Source: Candidatus Latescibacterota bacterium (GTDB lineage: Bacteria > Latescibacterota > UBA2968 > UBA8231). From it: a stretch of DNA of 64,000 bases. The notes under the pieces are model-generated. The model saw only the letters and a list, made by a program, of their open reading frames with translations, was not told the DNA's origin and made no database searches. The stretch lies in NCBI GenBank assembly GCA_965203355.1, contig OZ241889.1:1568001-1632000 (forward strand), read 5' to 3'. Shown here piece by piece: positions 9,598 through 17,475 of this stretch. The position numbers and the translations under genes are program-made. Position 1 is the stretch's first letter. Each line of letters begins with the position of its first letter.

Positions 9598-9658
9598 AGG
9601 GTGTCCTCCTTTGCGTTAGCGTCGCGCGTCCTTAGACACGCGGCCATCCCACAAAGCG

Positions 9659-9687
9659 AGCATCCATAAAGAGCCTATCCGTGTCAA
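9659..9687 (-). promoter_or_regulatory. Sigma70-type promoter for paralog 3
   Basis: Minus strand TTGACA (9687-9682), 17-bp spacer, GATGCT (9664-9659). Confidence 0.6.
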
Positions 9688-9698
9688 GTGATGTGATA

Positions 9699-11012
9699 CT
9701 AACCTTCAGGATCGAATGCGGGTGGGGCGTCTGTCTCGCCTGTGGCTGCCTCGCGCACGTCGATCTTGCCGGTGACGACGTCGGCGATCAGGCGGGTGCG
9801 GTATTCGCGGAGGAGGTCGATTTCGCGCTTGGTCCGCTCGGTGGCGCGCTGGATGCGGGTGTCTTCATCGTCGAGGAAGCGGGCGATGGCGGTTTGTTCG
9901 GGGAGGGGGGGGACGAAAACAAGCCGTCGATAGGCTTCCTCTCGGGCAAGACCTGGTACCGCAGAGTCGTTGTTCACTTCATCAAGATGTAGCCAACCAA
10001 GCATGTAATACAACCAGCGAATGTGCATGGACGAAGATCGTTTATCGACAAAAAACGTCGTATCGATCGCGAATACTCGTGTAGAAGAATAGTGGACTTT
10101 GCCAGACGACCCTTTTCGACCAACAATTACGCATGGGGCCTCGGTGTTTGCTACTTCATGTGAACCTACACAACCATTTGAGCCGAAGACTGGAACGCTT
10201 CCAATACGACGTACCTCACTGGTAAGAGAATCTCCATACTTCATTCGGCAAATCTGTTTCAACCGTCGAACCGCCCAATGCGTCGGCACCCTCCCCAGCC
10301 ACTCCACGCCCGAATCCTTGTAGGTCGGGTACGGCTTGCCGGTGCGCACGTCGATCTGCCCTGTAACGGCCGCATGGACGACGACCTGTTTCTGCTCCTT
10401 TAGCAGCGCGATGAGTTTTTCCTTGGCGCGGATGTAGCGGGTGATCCGGCGGTCTAGGTGGTCGAGGAAGCGGGCGATGGCGGTTTGTTCGGGGAGGGGG
10501 GGGAGTGGAAAAGGGCAATTAGCGTACTTTTCACCGTTCACGTTTTCAATCGTGGACACGATAGCAATACTTTTGAGAAAATCGGCGAACGCAGGTGTTT
10601 TCGTGTAAAGAAATAGAAATTTGGGAAAGGTCTTCGGGCCGGGGATAAAGCGCACGAGATATCCTGCATACGCACATCGACCATGCGCCTTATGATTATA
10701 AAGAAAAGAACGCCCGACTGTACCGCTGCGGGATACGAGCAAGTCCCCATCAGAGAGTAGGAAATCTCGCACTAACACTTCCGGCAAAAAAACACCACCG
10801 CCCGCAAGATTACCTGCCTCGGTAATGTCTGTTGTGCGAAGGAAACGAACACCCGTGGGCGTGTATGAGTTCGCGGATATATTTGCTCCGTAAACCGCAG
10901 ATTGCGAGCAGAGTGTCTTTAGCCGCTTTACCTCCCAATGCGCCGGCACGTCCTCCAGCCATTCGACGCCGGAGGGCTTGTAGGCAGGATAGGGCGTGCG
11001 GGGCAACTTCAT
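9699..11012 (-). CDS. hsdS: Type I R-M specificity subunit with two TRDs
   Basis: Repeated conserved blocks YK.SGVEWL..VP.HW and PPLPEQTAIARFLD flank two AT-richer variable regions; ends LIADVVTGKIDVR. Confidence 0.95.
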   Translation of the reverse strand: MKLPRTPYPAYKPSGVEWLEDVPAHWEVKRLKTLCSQSAVYGANISANSYTPTGVRFLRTTDITEAGNLAGGGVFLPEVLVRDFLLSDGDLLVSRSGTVGRSFLYNHKAHGRCAYAGYLVRFIPGPKTFPKFLFLYTKTPAFADFLKSIAIVSTIENVNGEKYANCPFPLPPLPEQTAIARFLDHLDRRITRYIRAKEKLIALLKEQKQVVVHAAVTGQIDVRTGKPYPTYKDSGVEWLGRVPTHWAVRRLKQICRMKYGDSLTSEVRRIGSVPVFGSNGCVGSHEVANTEAPCVIVGRKGSSGKVHYSSTRVFAIDTTFFVDKRSSSMHIRWLYYMLGWLHLDEVNNDSAVPGLAREEAYRRLVFVPPLPEQTAIARFLDDEDTRIQRATERTKREIDLLREYRTRLIADVVTGKIDVREAATGETDAPPAFDPEG

Positions 11013-11251
11013 ACCGCAATGGCCTCCTCCCGAACGAGATGTAATCGGATCACGTGCGGCACCACGTCATCATCGAAGTGGCACAGCACGGCGTCTCTCG
11101 CCATCTCCTTCAGATCGGCCCAGTTCTCGCCCTGCGTGTAGATGCTGTATCCGAGTGCTCTGGCGTCGTACCCGCCTTCCACGGCTTCCGTGACCTCGAA
11201 GATGATCTCCGCTGGCCGCACCGGCGACTTCGCCAATGGATTGTCAGTCAT
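11009..11251 (-). CDS. HicB-like small protein (family often mislabelled '2-oxoisovalerate dehydrogenase')
   Basis: EIIFEVTEAVEGGYDARALGYSIYTQGE..L..MARDAVLCHFDD...IRLHLVREE; its stop overlaps the hsdS start. Confidence 0.8.
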   Translation of the reverse strand: MTDNPLAKSPVRPAEIIFEVTEAVEGGYDARALGYSIYTQGENWADLKEMARDAVLCHFDDDVVPHVIRLHLVREEAIAV

Positions 11252-11520
11252 TGTCCGCTCCTGTTGTGTTCATCTTTTTCAGCTAAGCGGCTTTGTCCTG
11301 AAAGTGGATCTCTGGGAAGCAACTGAAAGATTTTTTTAATATCACTGCGAATCTCTTTAAGGGCTTCGCCTATGGTATTTTTGGGATCATCAACGGTCAA
11401 TTCAAGAGCGTTCATCTCACCTTTCCATTCTCCGATTTTGAAAATCAGCGTGATGAAGCTCCCAATGGCTACTAGAATGGCCAATAGGACCCCATAAGTT
11501 ACAGGGTTATCCCAATCCAT
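11248..11520 (-). CDS. Small hypothetical protein, N-terminal TM helix plus coiled coil
   Basis: 90 aa, AT-rich, GGGGGA RBS, translationally coupled to the next gene. Confidence 0.65.
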   Translation of the reverse strand: MDWDNPVTYGVLLAILVAIGSFITLIFKIGEWKGEMNALELTVDDPKNTIGEALKEIRSDIKKIFQLLPRDPLSGQSRLAEKDEHNRSGQ

Positions 11521-11550
11521 TGTATCCCCCCGTCATAAGTGTGTAAAAAG

Positions 11551-11675
11551 AAAATGTGACAGAAATGACATTGCTTCAACTACTTTCCATGGCAGCCATA
11601 TCCAAGCGCACTTGCCGTATAACCTCCATCTACTTCTTCCTCGCTGCCTTCAAAGATGATATCGGTGCTGGACAT
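11551..11675 (-). pseudogene. Degraded paralog of the 11009-11251 HicB-like gene
   Basis: ATG at 11675 reads MSSTDIIFEGSEEEVDGGYTASALGYGCHGK* (stop at 11580), similar to EIIFEVTEAVEGGYDARALGY. A CHF remnant follows out of frame. Confidence 0.7.
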
Positions 11676-11678
11676 CGC

Positions 11679-11906
11679 TCATTTTTGCTCTATATGGCCG
11701 TTGGCTGTTTGGTCCCGCCATCCGAATCCCCGCTCCTTTCGGCGGCTCGCAAAGTGCTGCAGAACAGGGTCCGAGTAACGGTGTGCATTGAACCAGTCAG
11801 CGAGTTCCTCATGTGTTTTTCCAGTGATCTCTGCGCTGATGCGGTCCCGAATCTCCCGCATGTTCCTTACGCAATCGAAATCCTTCTTATTCGTCTTGTT
11901 CGTCAT
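11679..11906 (-). CDS. Small hypothetical protein, possibly antitoxin-like
   Basis: ATGA overlap with the hsdM stop; 75 aa, KKDFDCVRNMREIRDRISAEI. Confidence 0.65.
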   Translation of the reverse strand: MTNKTNKKDFDCVRNMREIRDRISAEITGKTHEELADWFNAHRYSDPVLQHFASRRKERGFGWRDQTANGHIEQK

Positions 11907-13912
11907 CGTAAATCTCCCTCGGGGTTCGGCGGTTGGGCTCCGACGATTTCCCCGAGTAACCCTTCCGTTTCTTGCTCCATCGCCAAAATATCGGCGCGAA
12001 TCTCCGCCAGCGTCCGCATCGGCTGGGGCTTGTAAAAATATCGGGTAAAGCTGATCTCGTAGCCGATCCGCACGCTGTCTGGTTGGTACCAAGCGTCCGG
12101 CGCGTAGGGCAGAACCTCTCGCCGCAAGAACGCTTCGATGCCGCCATCCTCTTGCAGTGGAATTTGCTCGGTGTCGCGCAGGTCGGGGTCCGGCTCGTAC
12201 TCCACTACGGCGGGCTGGCCGTTGACGGTGGCCGCGAACAAGCCGCGCAATGGGTCGGCCTCTGTACCTTTCTTGTGGAGCTTCTTGATGATGGGGGGGG
12301 CTGTCTCGCTGCGCTCGGAGCGTTCCCGCAGCTTCTTGATCTCGGCGACCTTGTACGCGCGGTTGGGGTCGGCTCCGGCGATCCGCAGGGGCCGCTCGAC
12401 CGTTACTTTATAGTAGCCGAAGGCGGCGTTGTCGAAGATCTTGCTCTGTTCGCTCTGCTCAAAGGTGAGAAAGGTGTCGCAGATGCGCTGGATGTCGTCC
12501 TCGCCGAGCTCGCAGTTCTTCTTGCCGAGGTTCTTGCGCAGCGGCCGGTGCCATTCGGTGGCGTCGATCAACTGTACCTTGCCTTGGCGATGCGCGGGCT
12601 TGCGGTTGGTGAGCACCCAGATGTAGGTGGCGATGCCGGTGTTGTAGAACAGGTTGAGCGGCAGGGCGACGATGGCCTCCAGCCAGTCGTTCTCGAGGAT
12701 CCAGCGGCGGATGTTGCTCTCGCCCTGCCCGGCGTCGCCGGTGAACAGGGCACTGCCGTTGTGGACCTCGGCGATGCGGCTGCCCAGCGGCGTGTCTTGC
12801 TTCATCTTCGAGAGCTTGTTGGCGAGGAAGAGCATCTGGCCGTCGCTGGAACGGGTGACCAGCGAGAATTCTGGATCGCCGGCGTGCTCAATGACGAAGC
12901 GCGGATCGCGCATTTCCTTCTTGCCGCCCATGCGCTCTAAGTCGGTCTTCCAACTCTTGCCGTAGGGCGGATTAGAGAGCATGAAGTCGAACTCGTGCGA
13001 CGGGAAGGCGTCGTTGGCGAGCGTGGAGTGCTCCGGGCCACCGACGATGTGATCGGCCGCCTCGCCCTCGCCCTTCAGCAGCAGGTCGGCCTTGCAGATG
13101 GCGTAGGTCTCGGCGTTGATCTCTTGGCCGAACAGGTGCGTTGAGACCTGCTTGCCGCGCTCGGCGGCTAGCTGCTGGAGGGTCTCCTCGGCCACGGTCA
13201 GCATGCCGCCGGTGCCGCAGGCGCCGTCGTAGAGCAGGTACGTGCCGGATTGGATCGTTTCGGCGACCGGCAGGAACACGAGCTTCGCCATCAAGCGCAC
13301 TGCGTCGCGCGGCGTCCAGTGTTCGCCCGCTTCCTCGTTGTTCTCTTCGTTGAAGCGCCGAACCAGCTCCTCGAACATCATGCCCATGCCGTGGTTGTCG
13401 AGGCCAAGATGGCGGACGGACCCGTCGGCGTGCAACACGGGATGCGGACTGAGATTGACCTCCGGCGAGGTCAGCTTCTCGATCAGCGTGCCCAAGGCGT
13501 CGGCCTTCGAAAGGCGCGGAATCTGGTTGCGGAACTCAAAGCTGTCGAGAATCTCCTGCACGTTGGGCGAGAACCCGTCGAGATAGGCCCGGAAATCGGC
13601 GGCTAACGGCTGGCGGCTGGCGCGGGTCCGCAGGTCGCACAGGGTGAACCGCGAGGTGTTGTAGAAGCCTTGTCCCGCCGCCTGCCGCAGGGGCGCATCC
13701 TGCTCGATAATGCCGGCGGCGTCAAGAGTGGCCTTCATGTCGAGGACCGCCTGCTTGTTGGCCGCTAACACCGCGTCGAGACGGCGCAGCACGGTCATCG
13801 GCAAGATCACGTCGCGGTACTTACCGCGCACGTACAGGTCGCGCAGCACGTCGTCGGCGATGCTCCAGATGTAGTTCGCAATCCAGTGTAGGTCGGTGTT
13901 GGTCGTCGTCAT
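11903..13912 (-). CDS. hsdM: Type I R-M N6-adenine methyltransferase
   Basis: Motifs IWSIADDVLR, GEHWTPR, YDGACGTGGML, catalytic NPPY, LFYNTGIATY, GYEISFTRYFY. Confidence 0.95.
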   Translation of the reverse strand: MTTTNTDLHWIANYIWSIADDVLRDLYVRGKYRDVILPMTVLRRLDAVLAANKQAVLDMKATLDAAGIIEQDAPLRQAAGQGFYNTSRFTLCDLRTRASRQPLAADFRAYLDGFSPNVQEILDSFEFRNQIPRLSKADALGTLIEKLTSPEVNLSPHPVLHADGSVRHLGLDNHGMGMMFEELVRRFNEENNEEAGEHWTPRDAVRLMAKLVFLPVAETIQSGTYLLYDGACGTGGMLTVAEETLQQLAAERGKQVSTHLFGQEINAETYAICKADLLLKGEGEAADHIVGGPEHSTLANDAFPSHEFDFMLSNPPYGKSWKTDLERMGGKKEMRDPRFVIEHAGDPEFSLVTRSSDGQMLFLANKLSKMKQDTPLGSRIAEVHNGSALFTGDAGQGESNIRRWILENDWLEAIVALPLNLFYNTGIATYIWVLTNRKPAHRQGKVQLIDATEWHRPLRKNLGKKNCELGEDDIQRICDTFLTFEQSEQSKIFDNAAFGYYKVTVERPLRIAGADPNRAYKVAEIKKLRERSERSETAPPIIKKLHKKGTEADPLRGLFAATVNGQPAVVEYEPDPDLRDTEQIPLQEDGGIEAFLRREVLPYAPDAWYQPDSVRIGYEISFTRYFYKPQPMRTLAEIRADILAMEQETEGLLGEIVGAQPPNPEGDLR

Positions 13913-13957
13913 CTTGCGTCCAATGCAGAGTGGGGTAAGGCGTTGCAAAATAAAGCC

Positions 13958-14037
13958 AAACGGGTGCTTTGGCTATGCCGCGACAAAGCGCTCGATGACG
14001 TTGGCGGTGATGCGCGAGACGGTCTCATCTACGAGGA
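13958..14037. repeat. Right island boundary (includes the stop codon of the 13973-15556 gene)
   Basis: 80 bp identical to 4657-4736. Confidence 0.95.
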
Positions 14038-15556
14038 TTGAGGCCGGATAGGTGATGGAGCCGACGGAAAAAACCGCGCCGCCGCTGGCCGTTTCGTAGT
14101 GGACGATTTCTGCGCCGCCTTGGTCGGGGTTGAGGCCGCGCGCGACGATTTCGGTGCCGGGGGGCGAAAAGGGCGAGGTCTTATCGGTCTCGTGGCCGGA
14201 GGCCCCGCCGGGGATCCGCTCGTGTAGGCTGGCCTCGCCAAAGGTGTCGCCGTTTTTGACGCCCGTGTTGGCGAAAATCCAGTGGTCGGCGGCGAGGACT
14301 TGGTACGGTGCGGCCGTCATAATGCCCGGATGGGTAAAGACCACGCCAAGCAGGTTGGCCTCAGACTCGTTGTACTGGTGAAAGCGGCTCTCGTGGCCCT
14401 CGGCTCGCTGGACGCGCCCGTCGCCGTTTTTGACCTTCATCGTCTGCTCGTCGATTAGCTCCACCTCGCAGTTGAGGCCGTTGCCGCCCAAATACATGAA
14501 TTGGCCGCCGCGCTCGCGCACCCACGCCTTGATGTCGTAGTACATCTTGCGCGACCAGTACTCGGGATGGGTGGTGGTGATGAGGATTTTGTACTGGTCG
14601 AGGTCGAGTTGGTCAAAGTGTAGTTGGGTCTCGGCGTACAGGTCGTAGGCGTACCCCTCGCGCTCTAGCCAGCCGAGGAAGCGCCACTCGGCCGGGGCGA
14701 CATGGCAGGCCGCGCGCCCGGCAATGGGGTCGGTGATCGCGACGTGCTCGGGAATGTGGTTGATCGGCTCCGGGCGGTCGAAGGAGAGCGGAGCGTAGTC
14801 CTCGGCGTCGTAGTTGATGTGCTCGGGGTCGGTGTAGCGCTTGAGTTCCAAGCGGGCATTGATCGTCGGCGTGGGCGGGAAGCCGTCGGGATGGATGTAG
14901 TTGGATCGTCCGCCGAAGCTGTTGTACGCATTCCAGTTGATGTTGGCAGCGAGGACGGCGATGTCTGCGCTGGGGGTGGCTGGAGCGACGATCCAAGGAA
15001 AGGAAAAGAACGCGCCAGACTCGCCTTTGGCATGGAAGTAGTAGAGGCCAGACCGCTCGGGCGCGGCGACGAACTGCTTGTGGGAGGGGCTGGTGTAGCC
15101 AAACTTGTTCCACATGACCCCGGTCTGCGTGTAGTCGCCGTCCGGCGTGATCTGCATGGTGGCACGCGGCCCGTGCTCGTCGAACCAGCCCAGCGGGCGG
15201 ATGTGCTCTTTTTGCCAGCCGTAGCGCCACAAATCAAGGCGGTAGGCTTCGAGCGAGTGGACGCGGAACTCGGCTCGCTCGCCCGCTTGAACCCACTTGG
15301 GCCAGGCGTAGCCGAGCAATTGATGTGCGAGCAAGCGGAAGTGATGCGGCCGCTCGGGGTGGATGTTGACCTGCCCGCGCTTGGGGCCGAAACCGTCTTT
15401 TTGCAAGGTCACGGTGTAGGGGCCGGGCGGGATGTCGGCGAAGACCTCGCCGGTGGCTCGCGAGCGAGTTTCGACGTGCAGGTTTTCGCTGGCGATTTCG
15501 AACTGCACGTCGTGCAGAGCGATGTAGCGTTCGTCGCTGACGTAGCCGATTAGCAT
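13973..15556 (-). CDS. N,N-dimethylformamidase large-subunit-like protein with N-terminal carboxypeptidase-regulatory-like domain
   Basis: Motifs WNAYNSFGGRSNY, HPEYWS, YLGGN, GHETD, GGAVFSVGSI; AAGGAG RBS. Confidence 0.7.
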   Translation of the reverse strand: MLIGYVSDERYIALHDVQFEIASENLHVETRSRATGEVFADIPPGPYTVTLQKDGFGPKRGQVNIHPERPHHFRLLAHQLLGYAWPKWVQAGERAEFRVHSLEAYRLDLWRYGWQKEHIRPLGWFDEHGPRATMQITPDGDYTQTGVMWNKFGYTSPSHKQFVAAPERSGLYYFHAKGESGAFFSFPWIVAPATPSADIAVLAANINWNAYNSFGGRSNYIHPDGFPPTPTINARLELKRYTDPEHINYDAEDYAPLSFDRPEPINHIPEHVAITDPIAGRAACHVAPAEWRFLGWLEREGYAYDLYAETQLHFDQLDLDQYKILITTTHPEYWSRKMYYDIKAWVRERGGQFMYLGGNGLNCEVELIDEQTMKVKNGDGRVQRAEGHESRFHQYNESEANLLGVVFTHPGIMTAAPYQVLAADHWIFANTGVKNGDTFGEASLHERIPGGASGHETDKTSPFSPPGTEIVARGLNPDQGGAEIVHYETASGGAVFSVGSITYPASILVDETVSRITANVIERFVAA

Positions 15557-15571
15557 GGGTTAGCTCCTTGG

Positions 15572-15643
15572 TTAGTGGTCAGTGGTCAGTGGTTAGGGGC
15601 CGGTGCGTGGACTGGTCACTGGTCACCGGCCACTGACCACCGG
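15572..15643. repeat. Heptamer-armed palindromic element, copy 1 (overlaps the queC 3' end)
   Basis: Left arm (YYAGTGG)n, right arm (YCACYGR)n. Confidence 0.7.
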
Positions 15644-16292
15644 CATAAGGCACGGGGTCGTTGGCACCTGCCCGGCGAAAGCCCGCCAAGCGCAGGCGGC
15701 AGCTTGTGCAGCGGCCACAGGCGAGATCGGCGCGCTGATAGCAGGACCAGGTTAGGTGCAAGGGGGCGGCAAGCGCGAGGCCGCAGCGGACGATGGCGGC
15801 TTTGTCCCAGTCTATGAGCGGGATCTGGATGCGAACTTGGGTTTGTGGGCCGGTACCAGCGGCGACCATGCGCTCGTAAGCGGCGAAAAATTCTCGCCGA
15901 CAGTCCGGGTAGTGGCTCTCGGCTTCGTGGGCACCGATGTAGATGTCGGTGGCGGCGATGACCTCGGCCCAAGCCACGGCCACGCCGAGCAGGTTGGCGT
16001 TGCGGAAGGGAACATAGGTCGTTGGCAAGTCGGTGGCGGCGTCTTCGGGGATGGGCTGAGTCGCATCGACCAAGCTGGAGCCGCCGATCTGGCGCATGTA
16101 ATCGACGTCCACCACGAGGCGGTTATCCACCTGAAAGTGATCCGCGAGGGCGGAAAACGCCGTAAATTCGCGCTCCTCGGTGCGTTGGCGATAGCGCAAA
16201 TGGAGAAAGGCCAATGGGCCGCGGCGGGCGGCAATGGCGGCGGCGACGCAGGAGTCGAGCCCACCACTGATGAGGGCGATTGCGAGGCTCAA
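15579..16292 (-). CDS. queC: 7-cyano-7-deazaguanine synthase
   Basis: Motifs SGGLDS, TYVPFRN, YPDCR, TWSCY, CGRCTSCRLR. Confidence 0.95.
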   Translation of the reverse strand: MSLAIALISGGLDSCVAAAIAARRGPLAFLHLRYRQRTEEREFTAFSALADHFQVDNRLVVDVDYMRQIGGSSLVDATQPIPEDAATDLPTTYVPFRNANLLGVAVAWAEVIAATDIYIGAHEAESHYPDCRREFFAAYERMVAAGTGPQTQVRIQIPLIDWDKAAIVRCGLALAAPLHLTWSCYQRADLACGRCTSCRLRLAGFRRAGANDPVPYAGGQWPVTSDQSTHRPLTTDH

Positions 16293-17455
16293 AGCAAGAC
16301 GACTTGGTTTTGGATGGGGGTTGTAACTTCGGGGCCAGTCTCTGGATCAACGTACGCGTTGACCTCGAGGCGCACGCCGAATTCCGGCAGGTACGCCCCT
16401 GGCTCAACGGAAAAACCCGTGCCCGGCAAAATGGACCGCGCATCGTGGGATTCCAAGTCGTCGAGGTTTGCGCCCAGCGCGTGGATGCTCGGCCCGGGGC
16501 CGAGGCTGTGTCCGGTGCGGTGGACGAACTGCTCGCCCAAGCCGTGCTTTGTCAGAATTTGGCGCGCCACTTGGTCGAGTTGCCAGCCCTGCAGCACCTC
16601 GCCAGTGCGCCATGCGGAGTCGAGCCGCGCCAGCACTTGATCGCGTGCCTCGCGCACGGCGGCAAAGACCTCGGCGTGCGCCGCTGGTACGCGCGGCCCG
16701 ACAAAGGCGACCCAAGTTATATCGCTAAACACGTGTTGCTCGCCGGGATGGCGTGCCCACAGGTCTATGAGGATCCAAGCACCCGGCTCAATGGGAGCGG
16801 CCGCGTCTGCGTGCGGATCGTAGTGCGGATTGCCGCTGTTGGCATTGACGCCGACGATCGGCGGATGCCCGCTGTCGAGGCCGCGCTGGGCCAGTGCGGC
16901 GACGATGAACGCCTGGACATCGAATTCGGTGAGGCCGGTGTGGAGGCGGTCGCGGATGTACTCAAAGGCCGCGTCTTTGACCTCGGCCACTTGGCGGCAG
17001 GCATCGCGGTGTGCAGCGAGCGCGTCTGCGCTCCAAGTGGCTAAGGCGACTTGGCACAAATCGGCCGAAGACACCACCTCGGGGCCGAGGGAGCGCACCA
17101 GATCTAAGGTGCCACCATCGACCCAAGACACCGCGGGCAGCATTCCGCCGGGCCAGTACTCCATAGCCACCGCCGACAACGCTCCCACCGCCGCGTGCAG
17201 CAGGGCATGTAGCTGTTGCCAGCTCGCGTAGTGAACGATCGCCACGCCTAGCCCGGCGAGGGCCTCCGGCTCGACCGCCGCGCCGAACAGACGCGGTGCG
17301 CCCGCGGCCGGCACGATGAGAAAGACGCGCCGGGTCGTTTGCCGCCGCTGGCCCAAAAGCTGCCACAAGACCGGATTGCCGCCGCGAAAATCGCACACCA
17401 GCCAAGCGCCAATACCCTCTTGCTGCATATAGGCTTGTATTTTTGCTACGTCCAA
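16289..17455 (-). CDS. M24 family (Xaa-Pro) aminopeptidase
   Basis: Motifs NSGNPHY, LIDLWA, SDITW, HRTGHSLG, FSVEPGAY. TTG start after GAGGGGG. Confidence 0.85.
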   Translation of the reverse strand: MDVAKIQAYMQQEGIGAWLVCDFRGGNPVLWQLLGQRRQTTRRVFLIVPAAGAPRLFGAAVEPEALAGLGVAIVHYASWQQLHALLHAAVGALSAVAMEYWPGGMLPAVSWVDGGTLDLVRSLGPEVVSSADLCQVALATWSADALAAHRDACRQVAEVKDAAFEYIRDRLHTGLTEFDVQAFIVAALAQRGLDSGHPPIVGVNANSGNPHYDPHADAAAPIEPGAWILIDLWARHPGEQHVFSDITWVAFVGPRVPAAHAEVFAAVREARDQVLARLDSAWRTGEVLQGWQLDQVARQILTKHGLGEQFVHRTGHSLGPGPSIHALGANLDDLESHDARSILPGTGFSVEPGAYLPEFGVRLEVNAYVDPETGPEVTTPIQNQVVLL

Positions 17456-17475
17456 TGAAAGCCCCCTCGGTTGGT

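Larger units (their letters stand above)
8678..9826. repeat. Tandem duplication of an [hsdS 3' end + promoter + small gene] unit
   Basis: 8678-9285 aligns with 9287-9826. Gene ends and intergenic DNA are near-identical; the internal repeat content differs. Confidence 0.9.
4657..14037. mobile_element. Direct-repeat-bounded genomic island carrying a type I R-M system; no integrase visible
   Basis: 80-bp perfect direct repeats at both ends. It interrupts the co-oriented queC / dimethylformamidase-like / queF gene run. Cargo is defence genes and small accessory genes. Confidence 0.75.

Noticed and set aside
8678-11012. Phase-variable hsdS shufflon (invertible TRDs)
   Set aside because: The extra hsdS piece is in direct orientation, contains no TRD, and no recombinase is present.
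12293-12300. G8 tract in hsdM (also G8 near 34068 and 60704) as a phase-variation switch
   Set aside because: Eight-base runs are expected occasionally in GC-rich DNA, the frames are intact, and there is no read evidence.
4256-16292. queC and queF flanking an R-M locus as a 7-deazaguanine DNA-modification (Dpd) system
   Set aside because: No dpdA/tgt-like, dpdB or dpdC gene is visible. Both que genes lie outside the island repeats, and QueF points to ordinary tRNA queuosine synthesis.
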